Assembly: GCA_043228905.1 (NCBI GenBank)
Contig: JBHGNT010000021.1
Location: forward strand, 5,704,001-5,768,000
Source: Azolla caroliniana
Lineage: Eukaryota; Plantae; Polypodiophyta
DNA length: 64,000 bases
Direction of reading: 5' to 3'
Shown in pieces: positions 1 through 12,200 of the stretch (position 1 is its first letter; every line of letters begins with the position of its first letter). A model generated the notes under the pieces. It did not search any database, was not told where the DNA came from, and worked only from the letters and a program-made list of their open reading frames with translations. Made by a program: the position numbers and the translations under genes.

Positions 1-1279
1 CACACTTATAGACGTGAAGGACCAACTATCCAACCAATGGTCATTACCCGTCAATGGCTCATCAGCATCGGACAAAAGTTTAGCTAAATTAACAAGAGCC
101 TCTACTCTCCTACATGAGATTGTCAAGACCAGACGCAAGGATGCTCAGGAGAAGCGACAGAGGACAAAACGGGGACTAATAGCCTTACAACGACTCCAAC
201 AGAGATACCCATCCTGTAGTTGGATCGCAGGACAAGTCGCCACGGCCAAACATGAACTTAGCATGGCAGAAAAGGCAATATATGACATGGAGTTTCATGG
301 CAGCATGGCGCGATGGATTCGAGTAGGGAACAAAACCACAAAGGAATTCTTCCGCTCCAAAGGCCCGAGGCACGCTAGAACTGTGATGCGCAGCCTCAAC
401 CGGGAGGATGGAACAACCACTGAGGATGGCGACGAAATGAGGAATATTGCCACAAGGTATTATAGCCGCCTACTTACCGAACACATGATAGCTACAGGGG
501 AAGACATAAGCGATGATATTATCCTCCAAAGCATACCCGAGAAAGTCACACCGGAAATGAATACCTGGCTTGTGCGTCCCCTATCAATCATTGAGATATG
601 GGAGGCCCTCACTGATTTAGATGCCGAGAGTTGCCCCGGAATTGACGGTCTCACCCCGCACTTTTTCACATGCCTTTGGGGCACTATTAAAGAAGACCTC
701 CTCCAGGCATATGAGGAGATCATCACCTCTGGAAGCATGCCGGAGGAATTTGGACAGGGGATGATACATCTCATTCCTAAAAGTGGTGGGAATGCCAACG
801 ACATTCACAAGTGGCGGCCCATTACTCTTCTCAATACTGTCTATAAGTTGCTCGCAAAAATCGTGGCACACTGTTTAACTCCACTTCTCCCTCAACTCAT
901 TCATCCGTCACAGATAGGTTTCGTTACAAATCGGAGCATCCTAGACAACCTCTTCTCATTTTGGGAAGCAGTAGCCCTTGCCAAGCAGACCAACAAGAAG
1001 GTAGCGGTGGTGCTACTAGAGAAAGCCTATGACAAGGTATGCTGGAACTTTCTAGAAAGTGTGATGAGGAAACTCGGCTTTCAAGAGACATGGATCAAAG
1101 GCATTGCAGGATTTTATAGGAATGGCAGCAGTTGCGTTTCGCTGGCAGGTGAAAGGGGCCCCTTTTTCCGAATATCCCGCTCTGTACGGCAGGGATGCCC
1201 ACTAGCTCAATCCTTATTTCTATTATACGCCAAAGCACTCTCTTGCTTTCTCAACTCGCGGCATCTCAACCTACGTGGT

Positions 1280-4200
1280 TGTGAAAGTGTTTTTAGAATT
1301 CAAGGTATTGAAGTCTACAAGAATATAAGGTATGGTGCGTTCACATCCGGAGGGCAAGATCACGAGCTAAGGTCTTGAGGATAAGTCAAACAAAAAGCAA
1401 GTCACGTGGAGAAAAGTAAAAGAAGAAAAAAGCGGGCACCAAAATGCAGTCTACAACGAACGCTCATAACTCATTCGTTTGGAAGCCAAATATCACGTGT
1501 AAATATGGGTTAGAAAGCTTATGACGAGAGTTATCCGTAGCTTTTTAAAACTCTAAATTTGGAGCATGGATGAGGGAGATATGACGATTAGAAGATCGTT
1601 GTGTCATAACTATGAATAGGAGATGGAAAAGCTCTAAAAAAAGCGTGGAAAAGAAAGCAAGCGAAACTTATCTACTAGAGGAGAACTTCATATAAAGCAA
1701 GAAGAGTGAGGTGGTAAAAAAGAGCCTTTTTCTGGTGGGGTTTTTCTTGCCTATTCATGTAGTGCGTTTTTCTAGTGATCAATTCATCCTTGTAGGCTTG
1801 AGTTTATGTATCTTCTTTCTCTTGTTTCTATGATCATCACTCCTTATTAATATATCTTTGTAGATTTGGGTTTCTATATCTTCCTTCTCTCTCTTTTCTA
1901 TCATCATCTCTCTTTTCATTTTTGGCGCTCCAGGGAGGGTTGATCCTTTCTGTATAACGGGAGGAACGGTTGTCCACTAATTGATGGTTGGATCTACCGA
2001 TTCATCATCAAACTAATGGCACGATATGGAGTTCGCGATGCGACAGATCTACGAAGAGAACTTTTCCAATTGCGTATGGTTTCACCAATGTGCTACCTCG
2101 AGTATGAGAAGACGTTTTTGGATATATGGTCCACTTGGATTGGACTTGTTGGAGGCGTTGAAGATGTATACTTCAAGATGGAAAGATTCAAAGCAGGGCT
2201 AGATCCATATTTTCAATATGAAGTGCATATGAAGTACCCAAGGTCTTTCCATGATTTGCTTCGAGTATGTCAAAGTTATGATCAACAATTGAAGAAGTTG
2301 TTATTCGGTGAAGCATATGGAGTATCGGCGTCATATACCATAAATCCAAGCTATAATAATTGTGGATCGGTCATGAGCCAACAACCAGCCTACTTGCAAT
2401 GTCCGATTCAACAGGTTCCCTCATATCATTATTCTAATTTTTGGAGTTATAATGATGTCTATGAAGGTGATTCCAGAGACAATGAAGAAGAGGTTGTGAA
2501 TGTGGAGTTCCCCCATCTAGTTCATGAGGGCAACCATGATATAAAGAATGATGATGTGAAAGACGAATCTAATGAGATTGTTATGAGAAGCGATGTTATG
2601 GATGGTGATGCCAATGTACATCATGTTGAGGGCATTATTGATACAACAAGCGATATGGTGGTTGATGATGAATATGTGCAAGATGAAATGGAAGATATGA
2701 CAAAAGAAGTTGTTGATGGTGAAGTACCCACAACGAAGTTGCAAGATGAAGAAGGTAACCTAGAAGTGATAGCTGGAGATTGGCTTTTGGAGATCAATGC
2801 GTGTAAGGAAGCATTGGTAAGTGCCAAGATGCAGTGTATGAAGGTGTTTGTGCATGATTTATGTTTTGGATTTGCATTGAGTAGCAACAAAGTTATGTGG
2901 GCATCAACTCTTCAACAACAATTTGACCAAGAGCCAAGAGATTTACTTGTAATGCATGATTGGAGTATCATTAACTTATCACCATCAAAGGATCCACCAC
3001 AACTAATCAAATGTATAAAGGAGAAGAAAACATCTATCGACATTGGCAAGCAAGAAGAGGAAAGCATAACAATTGATGAATATTCGTGGGATAGGGAAAA
3101 CAAATCATTCCACATGGTGTCTAAGGAGGAAGAAGAAGTCATTGAAGAGAAAAGTATTATCACCCTAAAGGGGAAAAAGAAGATGATTTCAAACGATGTC
3201 CAAGGAGAAGAGGGTCTAAGGTTTATTTCTCTCTTTTTTAAGTTTGCAAAGTTATTCATAAATGACTATTTACAGATAAGAGTAGAAGGCATCAAGCACC
3301 ACATCAAGTTGGAGGATTTGAAGTTTGTCTCACTTATTGTCGTGGTTCCAAAGGAGAAAGACGTCAACTTCCAACCCTTGAATGAGTCAACCAAACGAGA
3401 TTTATTTTTTCTTCCTTTTCGAGATGAGATTCTAGATGAAATGGTCATACATAAAAAACAAGGTAATGTGGAGAATGTGGTGTGCCAAGAAGAAAGTCAT
3501 GTTGATGAAGCAAAGATCGACATAATTCAAAATATGACAATTCTGACAAGTCTCGAAGCTTTGAAGGTGTTTGTGCAAAAGGTTCGCTCGCTCGAAAGGT
3601 TTATTCATATGTTAACATGCTTACTTCTATCAAGAGTTATGTATCACATAGACCTACTTCTGTTTGGAAAGTTGATGAAGATATACTAATTGTTGTAACC
3701 TCTTTCTTTGTGTTGACAAGGAGAAAGATGGTGATGGCAATTGTCAATGTGTATGTGTGTGTGTTTAGAAGTGTGAGGTTTTTCCTATCGACTAGCGGGG
3801 GTTTTACTCACATAGTTTGTTTCTTTTCTATTTATTTTCTCCTTCTTTGTCTATAGCCATGAATAAGGCGAAGGAGAACCTTTAGTTTTATTAGTAGCTT
3901 AGGGTTCACCATAAATGGTTCACAAAAAAGCAAGGGGGAGGGCTAAATGTGAAAGTGTTTTTAGAATTCAAGGTATTGAAGTCTACAAGAATATAAGGTA
4001 TGGTGCGTTCACATCCGGAGGGCAAGATCACGAGCTAAGGTCTTGAGGATAAGTCAAACAAAAAGCAAGTCACGTGGAGAAAAGTAAAAGAAGAAAAAAG
4101 CGGGCACCAAAATGCAGTCTACAACGAACGCTCATAACTCATTCGTTTGGAAGCCAAATATCACGTGTAAATATGGGTTAGAAAGCTTATGACGAGAGTT

Positions 4201-4586
4201 ATCCGTAGCTTTTTAAAACTCTAAATTTGGAGCATGGATGAGGGAGATATGACGATTAGAAGATCGTTGTGTCATAACTATGAATAGGAGATGGAAAAGC
4301 TCTAAAAAAAGCGTGGAAAAGAAAGCAAGTGAAACTTATCTACTAGAGGAGAACTTCATATAAAGCAAGAAGAGTGAGGTGGTAAAAAAGAGCCTTTTTC
4401 TGGTGGGGTTTTTCTTGCCTATTCATGTAGTGCGTTTTTCTAGTGATCAATTCATCCTTGTAGGCTTGAGTTTATGTATCTTCTTTCTCTTGTTTCTATG
4501 ATCATCACTCCTTATTAATATATCTTTGTAGATTTGGGTTTCTATATCTTCCTTCTCTCTCTTTTCTATCATCATCTCTCTTTTCA
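1280..4586 (+). mobile_element. Non-autonomous gag-only LTR retrotransposon (TR-GAG-like), young
   Basis: 639-bp TG...CA LTRs at 1280-1918 and 3948-4586 (one C/T difference seen by eye). 5-bp TSD GTGGT at 1275-1279 and 4587-4591. PBS TGGCGCTCCAGGGAGGG at about 1923-1939. PPT AAAAAAGCAAGGGGGAGGG just before the 3' LTR. No pol. Confidence 0.95.
2016..3689 (+). CDS. Truncated Ty3-type Gag (capsid C-terminal part) fused to an acidic low-complexity tail, 557 aa
   Basis: The N-terminal ~100 aa (LRRELFQLRM...RFKAGLDPYFQYEV...PRSFHDLL) resemble the retrotransposon gag capsid C-terminal domain. The rest is D/E/V-rich with no PR/RT/IN motif. Confidence 0.7.
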   Translation: MARYGVRDATDLRRELFQLRMVSPMCYLEYEKTFLDIWSTWIGLVGGVEDVYFKMERFKAGLDPYFQYEVHMKYPRSFHDLLRVCQSYDQQLKKLLFGEAYGVSASYTINPSYNNCGSVMSQQPAYLQCPIQQVPSYHYSNFWSYNDVYEGDSRDNEEEVVNVEFPHLVHEGNHDIKNDDVKDESNEIVMRSDVMDGDANVHHVEGIIDTTSDMVVDDEYVQDEMEDMTKEVVDGEVPTTKLQDEEGNLEVIAGDWLLEINACKEALVSAKMQCMKVFVHDLCFGFALSSNKVMWASTLQQQFDQEPRDLLVMHDWSIINLSPSKDPPQLIKCIKEKKTSIDIGKQEEESITIDEYSWDRENKSFHMVSKEEEEVIEEKSIITLKGKKKMISNDVQGEEGLRFISLFFKFAKLFINDYLQIRVEGIKHHIKLEDLKFVSLIVVVPKEKDVNFQPLNESTKRDLFFLPFRDEILDEMVIHKKQGNVENVVCQEESHVDEAKIDIIQNMTILTSLEALKVFVQKVRSLERFIHMLTCLLLSRVMYHIDLLLFGKLMKIY

Positions 4587-6159
4587 GTGGTCTTCCCATA
4601 CCTCATTCTTACCAAAGCATCCTGGATATAGAATTTCCAGATGACACAGTAGTCTACCTGCAAGGGGACTTGGAAAACCTCCAAAAGCTAGAAAGTGGGC
4701 TAGTTTTATTTTGCAAGCGATCCAACGCCATGATCAATTGGCACAAATCCTGTGCAATATGGCTCTCTCAAGAAACACATCCGGTGTGGCACCCACACCC
4801 CACTTTCAAGTGGATCAATCAAGGAGCGAGCACCAAATATTTGGGCTTCCAAATTGGCTTCAACATACCGCCGGAGACTATGATTGCACTCGTTATCCTT
4901 TCCATTCGACAAAAGTTGATACATTGGAGCTCTAAAAAATTGTCGCTAGCAGGTCGCATCATAGTGGCAAATCAGGTACTCCTCGCAATAGCATGGTACA
5001 GTCTATCATGTTGGACAATCTCCAAGGAGAGTATACATCAGATTCAACGACTGGTTCGCAACTACATTTGGTCTGGTAAGGAAGACCATGTAGCTCGCGC
5101 CAAGGTGGCGTGGCCTATACTCACAACGCCTAAGTCGAGAGGGGGATTGGGTCTTATTGATCCCCTTTCACAATCGAAAGCCTTACTTGCCAAATTTGTG
5201 GTGCGAGGACTCCAACCAGGAAATGATTGTTGGAAAATGCTATTGAGGTTACGTTTCGCTTACTTTAGGCCACGAAAAGGGGTCAATTGGGCCCCCCAAA
5301 CGGGATGGATTCTAAACATGGATCTCAAACCTAGTTTCTCCCGCCATTTGGAGGACAGATTCAGTGCATCCATGTGGAAGGCATGGTGTGACATTCGTCG
5401 AGGGCTCCAGTGTGATCAACCGAGATCTGAACCTGCCTGGCTCAGTCAACGTATCCTATGGAACCCATGTCTCAAGGATGAATCTAATCAACTACTGGGA
5501 TCATGTAAGGAGTTTTCATGGGGATACATTGCAGAAGGTCCAGGCAAAAGTATAGAATGTTGGCGACGGTTTATGTCAATGCCACTACAAGATCAAGCGA
5601 ACATACTCCATGGAATCAAGGGCGGATGGACTATGAGATCGGAAATCATTAACGCACTACTGATTAGGGAATATGCTACTCAAAGGACGACAATGGAGAA
5701 ATGGATAGGCCACGAGGAAGAGGGCTCTCTGATCCCGAGAGGTAGGGGATCACCAGACAGGCTCGAAGGCCATGAATTGCGAGACACTGAGACACCTACA
5801 CAAAATAACGCCATTCGAGTACTCGCATACACTGGTCATAAATGGATTGTAGATCCTGATCCGATCAAAGTACAACCCGATTGGCATATATGTACTCATG
5901 AAAACACATGGCTACGTAAGGTCAGTTGGGACCCTTTGCAATGGACATGGCGTGATCCCTACGCGGGGCAAGGAAGCAAACCCATCCCTTTCTTCCAATT
6001 CACAACTAGATTGGGTCACCACATTCTAGCTGCTCATGCCACCCGAGAACCGGCTGCTACGAAGATCTGGCACACATTTCAAGTTCCCTCCGCAATAATC
6101 ACCAAGTTTTGGCAGAAAATCTGGAAGCAACAACACGTGAGGCGAATTACCTTCCAACT

Positions 6160-6293
6160 GGATGAGGAGTACCCGGTTACGGAAGACCCGGTGAGAACCG
6201 GATGAGGAGTACCCGGTTACGGAAGACCCGGTGAGAACCGGATGAGGAGTACCCGGTTACGGAAGACCCGGTGAGAACCGGATGAGGAGTACC
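6160..6293 (+). repeat. 40-bp tandem repeat in the Copia LTR U3 (about 3.3 copies; about 1.3 copies in the other LTR at 11648)
   Basis: GGATGAGGAGTACCCGGTTACGGAAGACCCGGTGAGAACC starts at 6160, 6200 and 6240. Confidence 0.95.
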
Positions 6294-9200
6294 AGGCAAG
6301 AGCCGGATGGTGAAGGCCCAGTGAGAAGTGCTCACCGGATGAAGGGACATATTCGTAAATATGTTTCTGAGAGTCCATCAGGGCTATATTTGTAAATAGC
6401 CGAAAAGTCATATTAGTATAAATATGACGTAGGGCAAACTTAGTATGTTGTTGTCATTCTTGTTGGCGCAAGATTAGAGCGCGACAGTGTACAGAGAGAG
6501 AGAGAGAGAGAAAGAAAGAGACGTAGAGTTTGTATCTCTGTTGTAACCGCCACCTGTGGCGAAGATAGTGAACAAGAGGTCGTTGCCTCTGTGTTCATCT
6601 ATTGTATATTGTTACATAGTGATAGTTAGCAGCCAGTGGACTACCGTGGTTTTTCCCGCGTTTGGGTTTTCCACGTAAAATCCTGTGTACTCTTCTCTTT
6701 CCATTGTGTCGTGCATTCATTCCCCGTTTTCTGTGTTTTTGATTCTAAGCTCGGTTGTGGCCGAGCGTTGTTCATTGGGAGCGTGTAGTTCCTGCCAAAG
6801 TGGTATCAGAGCGAAACGACACAGAAAATGGACGAATCGTTGGGCGGCATGTTCAAGCTCACCGGCTCCAACTATTTAGTGTGGAAGTCGAAGATGAGGG
6901 ACATGCTCATGGTTAAAGATCTTTGGTTGCCGGTTTAGTTCGGGGACAAGAGACCGGACAAAATCGATGCCACGATATGGGAGGTGATGCACATGAAGAC
7001 AACGGCGTACATACGGTGCTTCATCGACATGAGTCTATACAACAACTTCAATGAAGAGATCAAGGCTCATGAGCTCTGGGAGAAGATCGGCATTATGTTT
7101 CAAAACAAAAATGTTGTTAATCAAGTTTCGGTATTTCGGAAGCTAGTAAGACTCTGGTACCAAGATGGCTCCAGCATGGCGGAGCACATGAATGCCTTCC
7201 AAGGGCTGATCCACCAGGCAACATCATTAGAAGTACCTCTTGCTGATGAGGTACTAGCACTACTCCTGCTCGGTTCCCTCCCAGATAGCTGGGAGACGTT
7301 GGTTGTCACTTTGGGCAACGCCGGGCCGGAAGGGAAACGGTTATCCCTAGCAAGAGTGAAGTTGAGCTTGCTAGATGAGGAGGCGCGTCGGAAAGATAAG
7401 GATACGAGCTTCGACTCCAAAGCGCTCCTTACCGAATCGGAACACGGAAGACAAAGGAATCGTAGCCCCCAGAACTGGGAAAAGTTGGGGACATGGTCAA
7501 AGTCAAGGGGGAGGCCTACTTGCTTCTATTGTGGCAAGCCAGGACACTTCCAGAAGAACTGTCGGCACTTCCGAGAAGACAAGGAAACCGACGGTACCGA
7601 TTCAAAGTGGACACCGGACCGGAACGGTAAAGACCGGAAGGGAACGACGGCAATCGCGGCAAGTGAAGAAGAGTTGATGCTCATCACCGAGGAGAGTGAG
7701 CTAAACCTTGTCGGCGACGAGATGACCTGGGTGGTCGACTCCGGAGCGTCATTCCACCTTACCCCGGACCAGAAATGCTTCTCATCCTACTCAGCCGGTG
7801 ATCACGGCTGTGTCCGGATGGGGAATGAAGGTACATGCCAAATTGTCGGCATAGGAGATGTGTGGTTGACAACACCAACCGGATGCAAGCTGCTGCTGAA
7901 GGATGTCTGACACGTTCCGGAGGTTTGTCTGAACCTGATATCAACCGGTCGGCTAGATGATGAAGGCTACACGGGTAGCATCCGGAACGGTGTTATGAAG
8001 TTCAGCAAAGGGAGCCTGATTGTGGCTCGGGCCCGGAAGGTCAACACGTTGTACCTGATGAATGCCCGGTTATGCCTGGAAGAAGTGACCGTGGCATCCG
8101 ATATTGCCGGTGAGCTGTGGCACAAAAGGCTATGTCACATGAGCGAGAAGGGGATGAAGAGGCTTGCAAACGACAACCTCATTCCAGTGAAGAACGTGTA
8201 GTTGGAGAAGTGCACTGATTGTCTGACCGGTAAATAAAACCGAACCTCCTTCCGATCGAGGCCACCGATGAGACGTAATGCACCACTGGAGTTGGTGCAT
8301 ACTGATGTATGTCAAGTGGACACGAAGTCACATGCCGGATCGCAGTACTTCGTGACATTCATAGATGACCACAGCCAGAAGTTGTGGGCCACACCGTTGA
8401 AGACGAAGGATCAGGTGTTGTCCGTCTTCAAAGAGCTCCACGCGAGAGTGGAAAGAGAAACCGGCCGGAAGCTGAAGGCGGCTCGAGTAGATAACGAAGG
8501 TGAATACCGGGGGCAGTTCGAGGAGTACTATCGCTCGAAGGGAATACGGCTCGAATTTACCGTGCCGAAGACGCTGGAACTAAATGGGCTGGCCGAGAGG
8601 ATGAACCGGACCATAATGGAGAGGGTCCAGAGTATGCTGGCGCATGCAAAACTACCCAAGAAGTTTTGAGCTGAGGCACTGTCGACGGCGACATATGTGA
8701 TAAACAGATCACCCTCGGTACCTTTGGACGGAGACACGCCACAGAGAGTCTGGACCGGTAAGGAAGTGTCCTACCGGCATCTGAAGGTATTCAGGTTTCT
8801 TGCGTATGTTCATATAGCTAAGGACCGGAGAGGAAAACTAGATCCGAAGACCCGTCCATGCATATTCCTCGGTTACGGCGATGATGAGTTCGGCTACCGA
8901 GTGTGGGATCTAGTCGACAAGAAGGTATTCCGGAGTCGAGATATTATCTTCATGGAGGACAAGATGCTCGCCGACTAGGAGTCGGAGAAGAAGATAATGA
9001 ACTCCGAGTCGACCGGTAAGGATCGATTCTACAATGAGCAGACCCAACTAGCAAGAGACCAGTTAGCACTCGAGGAACTAGCTGGTTACGGTGAGGATAC
9101 CAAACCGGCAAAAGAAGAAGTAGAGGAAGCTGAAACCGGAACCGGCCAAGACCCCGAATCAGATTCAAATGAAGAGCAAATGGAGGAGCCGGTTATTGAA

Positions 9201-9982
9201 GCCCAAAGACGAAGATATCCTCTCAGAGAGAGAAGGGCCCCCCGGAGATTTCCGAATGCAGAGCATGTGTTGCTAACCGATTGGGGGGAGCCAGAAAGCT
9301 TCGAGGAAGCTAAAAGTGACGCCCATAGCCGCAAATGGTTAAGTGCCATGCAGGATGAGATGGATTCCCTGCATGAGAACCATACGTATGAATTGGTGGA
9401 GTTGCCGAAAGGAAAGAGGGCACTTCGAAACAAGTGGGTGTACAAGTTGAAACCGGGAGATGCCGGCAAACCCCCGAGATATTTGCCTCGAGTAAAGCGG
9501 CAAGCATGGACCTCGAGGTAGAGCAACTAGACGTGAAGACGGTATTCCTTCACGTTGACCTCGAAGAGGAGATCTACATGCAACAACCGGAAGGATTCGT
9601 GGAGAAAGGGAAGGAGCACCTGGTTTGTCGGTTAAAGAAGAGCCTGTACAGCCTAAAGCAGGTTCCTCGACAATGGTACCGGAAGTTCGACTCCTTCATG
9701 ACCGATCAACGGTACCACAAGACGCGGGCTGATCACTGCGTGTTTGTGAAGAAGTTCGAAGGAGGCGACTTCATAATACTCCTTCTATACATGGATGACA
9801 TGTTGATCGTCGAATGGGACCAAGCCAGAATACGGATGCTGAAGAAGGCTCTCAATCGAACCTTCGCAATTAAAGACTTGGGTCCGGCAAGACAGATGTT
9901 GGGGATGCATATCATCCGGAACCGGCCAACGAAGCAATTGTGGCTGTCACAGGAGAAATACGTGACAAAGGTGCTTCAGCGG

Positions 9983-10540
9983 TGTCGTGAAGATTTTCAG
10001 CAATAGTGTGAAAATCCCATAAAACGTACGAAATCGAATATGAATCACATAATACAATAATTGTGAAGATAACATTTTAAATCAATTTAATATCTAAGTA
10101 CAAAATGATGGAGGTTTCGAATGCACTTTATTACACGAGAAACGGACAACTAAATGTCAAGATATAAGGGTATAAAGTTTGTGAAAGGAAAAGAGAAAAT
10201 TATGAGATATCCCACATAGGCACGACAAATACGGCTCTCATCATATATAAGGTAGAGCAAAAGATATTATCTTTGTTTCTATGTGTGGAGCATAGAGAGT
10301 TTAAGGTAACTTGAACTAAGAGTGGAGGTGGGCTAGCTACTCGTAAAGAGTTTTGACCAACCAAAACCAGACCGGCGATGGAGCCGGTGATCCGGCGGCA
10401 ATCCGGCATCCGACGAGGCACCGATAACCGACGGCATCCGGAGCCAGTGATCCGGCGGCATCCGGCGCCGGTGAGACAACGGCATCCGGCGAGGCACCGG
10501 TAACCGACGACATCCGACAAACCGGCGTCCGGCGACTAGA
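9983..10540 (+). mobile_element. Truncated LTR-like insertion related to the tRNA-Trp element family
   Basis: Begins TGTCGTGAAGATTTTC exactly where the Copia RT stops. These 16 bp are identical to the LTR 5' terminus of the element at 24476-30063. Contains CCGGC-rich short repeats at about 10370-10537. No matching TSD found. Confidence 0.55.
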
Positions 10541-10584
10541 TAAATAAATATATAAATATATATACATATATACATATACAAGGA

Positions 10585-10655
10585 GGGCAAGTAAGGATTC
10601 GAACCTTGCACCTCCAAGTTAGGAGTCAATTGGCTTACCATTAAGCCATGCTATT
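10585..10655 (-). pseudogene. tRNA-Arg(CCU)-derived sequence (SINE head or tRNA pseudogene)
   Basis: Minus strand has A-box TGGCTTAATGG, D-stem GCTT/AAGC, loop CT-CCT-AA and B-box GGTTCGAATCC. Acceptor and anticodon stems are degenerate, and a TA-rich tail follows. Confidence 0.65.
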
Positions 10656-10908
10656 TAGTTGAATTTATATTTCTATCATTATACTTTTACATGTAAATTC
10701 TCATACATGAGAGCTAAAATGAGTGACATGGTTATCATGCACCACATGTAATACATAAGCGCCAAATGGCAAACATGCAATTTATGCATGTCTTGTACCC
10801 TCACATGCATCATATGCATGAGAGCATCTATAAAAGAAGGAAGGGGGAGGAGAAAAAACACGGTTTTTTTTTTTTAATGAAAATTAAGAGGAAGAAATTC
10901 GTTATCAA

Positions 10909-11647
10909 ATTGGGTCTTATTGATCCCCTTTCACAATCGAAAGCCTTACTTGCCAAATTTGTGGTGCGAGGACTCCAACCAGGAAATGATTGTTGGAAAA
11001 TGCTATTGAGGTTACGTTTCGCTTACTTTAGGCCACGAAAAGGGGTCAATTGGGCCCCCCAAACGGGATGGATTCTAAACATGGATCTCAAACCTAGTTT
11101 CTCCCGCCATTTGGAGGACAGATTCAGTGCATCCATGTGGAAGGCATGGTGTGACATTCGTCGAGGGCTCCAGTGTGATCAACCGAGATCTGAACCTGCC
11201 TGGCTCAGTCAACGTATCCTATGGAACCCATGTCTCAAGGATGAATCTAATCAACTACTGGGATCATGTAAGGAGTTTTCATGGGGATACATTGCAGAAG
11301 GTCCAGGCAAAAGTATAGAATGTTGGCGACGGTTTATGTCAATGCCACTACAAGATCAAGCGAACATACTCCATGGAATCAAGGGCGGATGGACTATGAG
11401 ATCGGAAATCATTAACGCACTACTGATTAGGGAATATGCTACTCAAAGGACGACAATGGAGAAATGGATAGGCCACGAGGAAGAGGGCTCTCTGATCCCG
11501 AGAGGTAGGGGATCACCAGACAGGCTCGAAGGCCATGAATTGCGAGACACTGAGACACCTACACAAAATAACGCCATTCGAGTACTCGCATACACTGGTC
11601 ATAAATGGGGAGTTACCTTCCAACGTGAGGCGAATTACCTTCCAACT
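10909..11647 (+). repeat. Local duplication of LINE 5146-5845 plus LINE/LTR junction 6135-6159, with internal deletion and filler
   Basis: 10909-11608 matches 5146-5845 (identical translation). A 14-bp filler GGAGTTACCTTCCA follows at 11609-11622. From 11623 the sequence matches 6135 onward. Confidence 0.93.
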
Positions 11648-12200
11648 GGATGAGGAGTACCCGGTTACGGAAGACCCGGTGAGAACCGGATGAGGAGTAC
11701 CGGGCAAGAGCCGGATGGTGAAGGCCCAGTGAGAAGTGCTCACCGGATGAAGGGACATATTCGTAAATATGTTTCTGAGAGTCCATCAGGGCTATATTTG
11801 TAAATAGCCGAAAAGTCATATTAGTATAAATATGACGTAGGGCAAACTTAGTATGTTGTTGTCATTCTTGTTGGCGCAAGATTAGAGCGCGACAGTGTAC
11901 AGAGAGAGAGAGAGAGAGAGAGAGAAAGAGTTCGTATCTCTGTTGTAACCGCCGCCTGTGGCGAAGATAGTGAACAAGAGGTCGTTGCCTCTGTGTTCAT
12001 CTATTGTATATTGTTACATAGTGATAGTTAGCAGTCAGTGGACTGGCATGGTTTTTCCCGTGTTTGGGTTTTCCACGTAAACATCTTGTGTACTCTTCTC
12101 TCTCCATTGTGTCGTGCATTCATTCCCCGTTTTCTGTGTTTTTTATTCTAAGCTTGGTTGTGGCCGAGCGTTGTTCATTGGGAGCGTGTAGTTCCTGTCA

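Larger units (their letters stand above)
1..6159 (+). mobile_element. L1-clade LINE ORF2 (reverse transcriptase and C-terminal region), interrupted by an LTR element and 3'-truncated
   Basis: ORF 14-1279 has L1 RT motifs (PGIDG, WRPITLLNTVYKLLAK, EKAYD, VRQGCPL). After removing 1280-4586 plus one TSD copy the frame continues LRG|LPIPHSYQSILDIEFPDDT and then KYLGF, LSLAGRIIVANQVL, KSRGGLGL. Degenerate motifs (LLEKAYD lacking DF, FPDD instead of FADD) suggest a dead copy. Confidence 0.92.
6160..12200 (+). mobile_element. Degenerate, rearranged Ty1/Copia (Tnt1/Tork-like) element
   Basis: 5'-truncated LTR 6160-6797 and PBS TGGTATCAGAGC (tRNA-iMet) at 6801-6812. Gag/CCHC (CFYCGKPGHFQKNC), protease DSGAS, integrase (LELVHTDVC, NGLAERMNRT) and RT (QLDVKTVFL, LLYMDDML), with many stops. 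Coding is cut at 9982. Second LTR 11648-12200 ends in CA. Confidence 0.9.

Noticed and set aside
6160-6293. 40-bp repeats (and the 61440-61765 minisatellite) as a CRISPR-like array
   Set aside because: They are head-to-tail repeats without unique spacers, in a eukaryotic context with no cas genes.
10766-11653. 295-aa ORF as a novel chimeric gene
   Set aside because: It is the duplicated LINE fragment with a fortuitous upstream ATG in AT-rich DNA.
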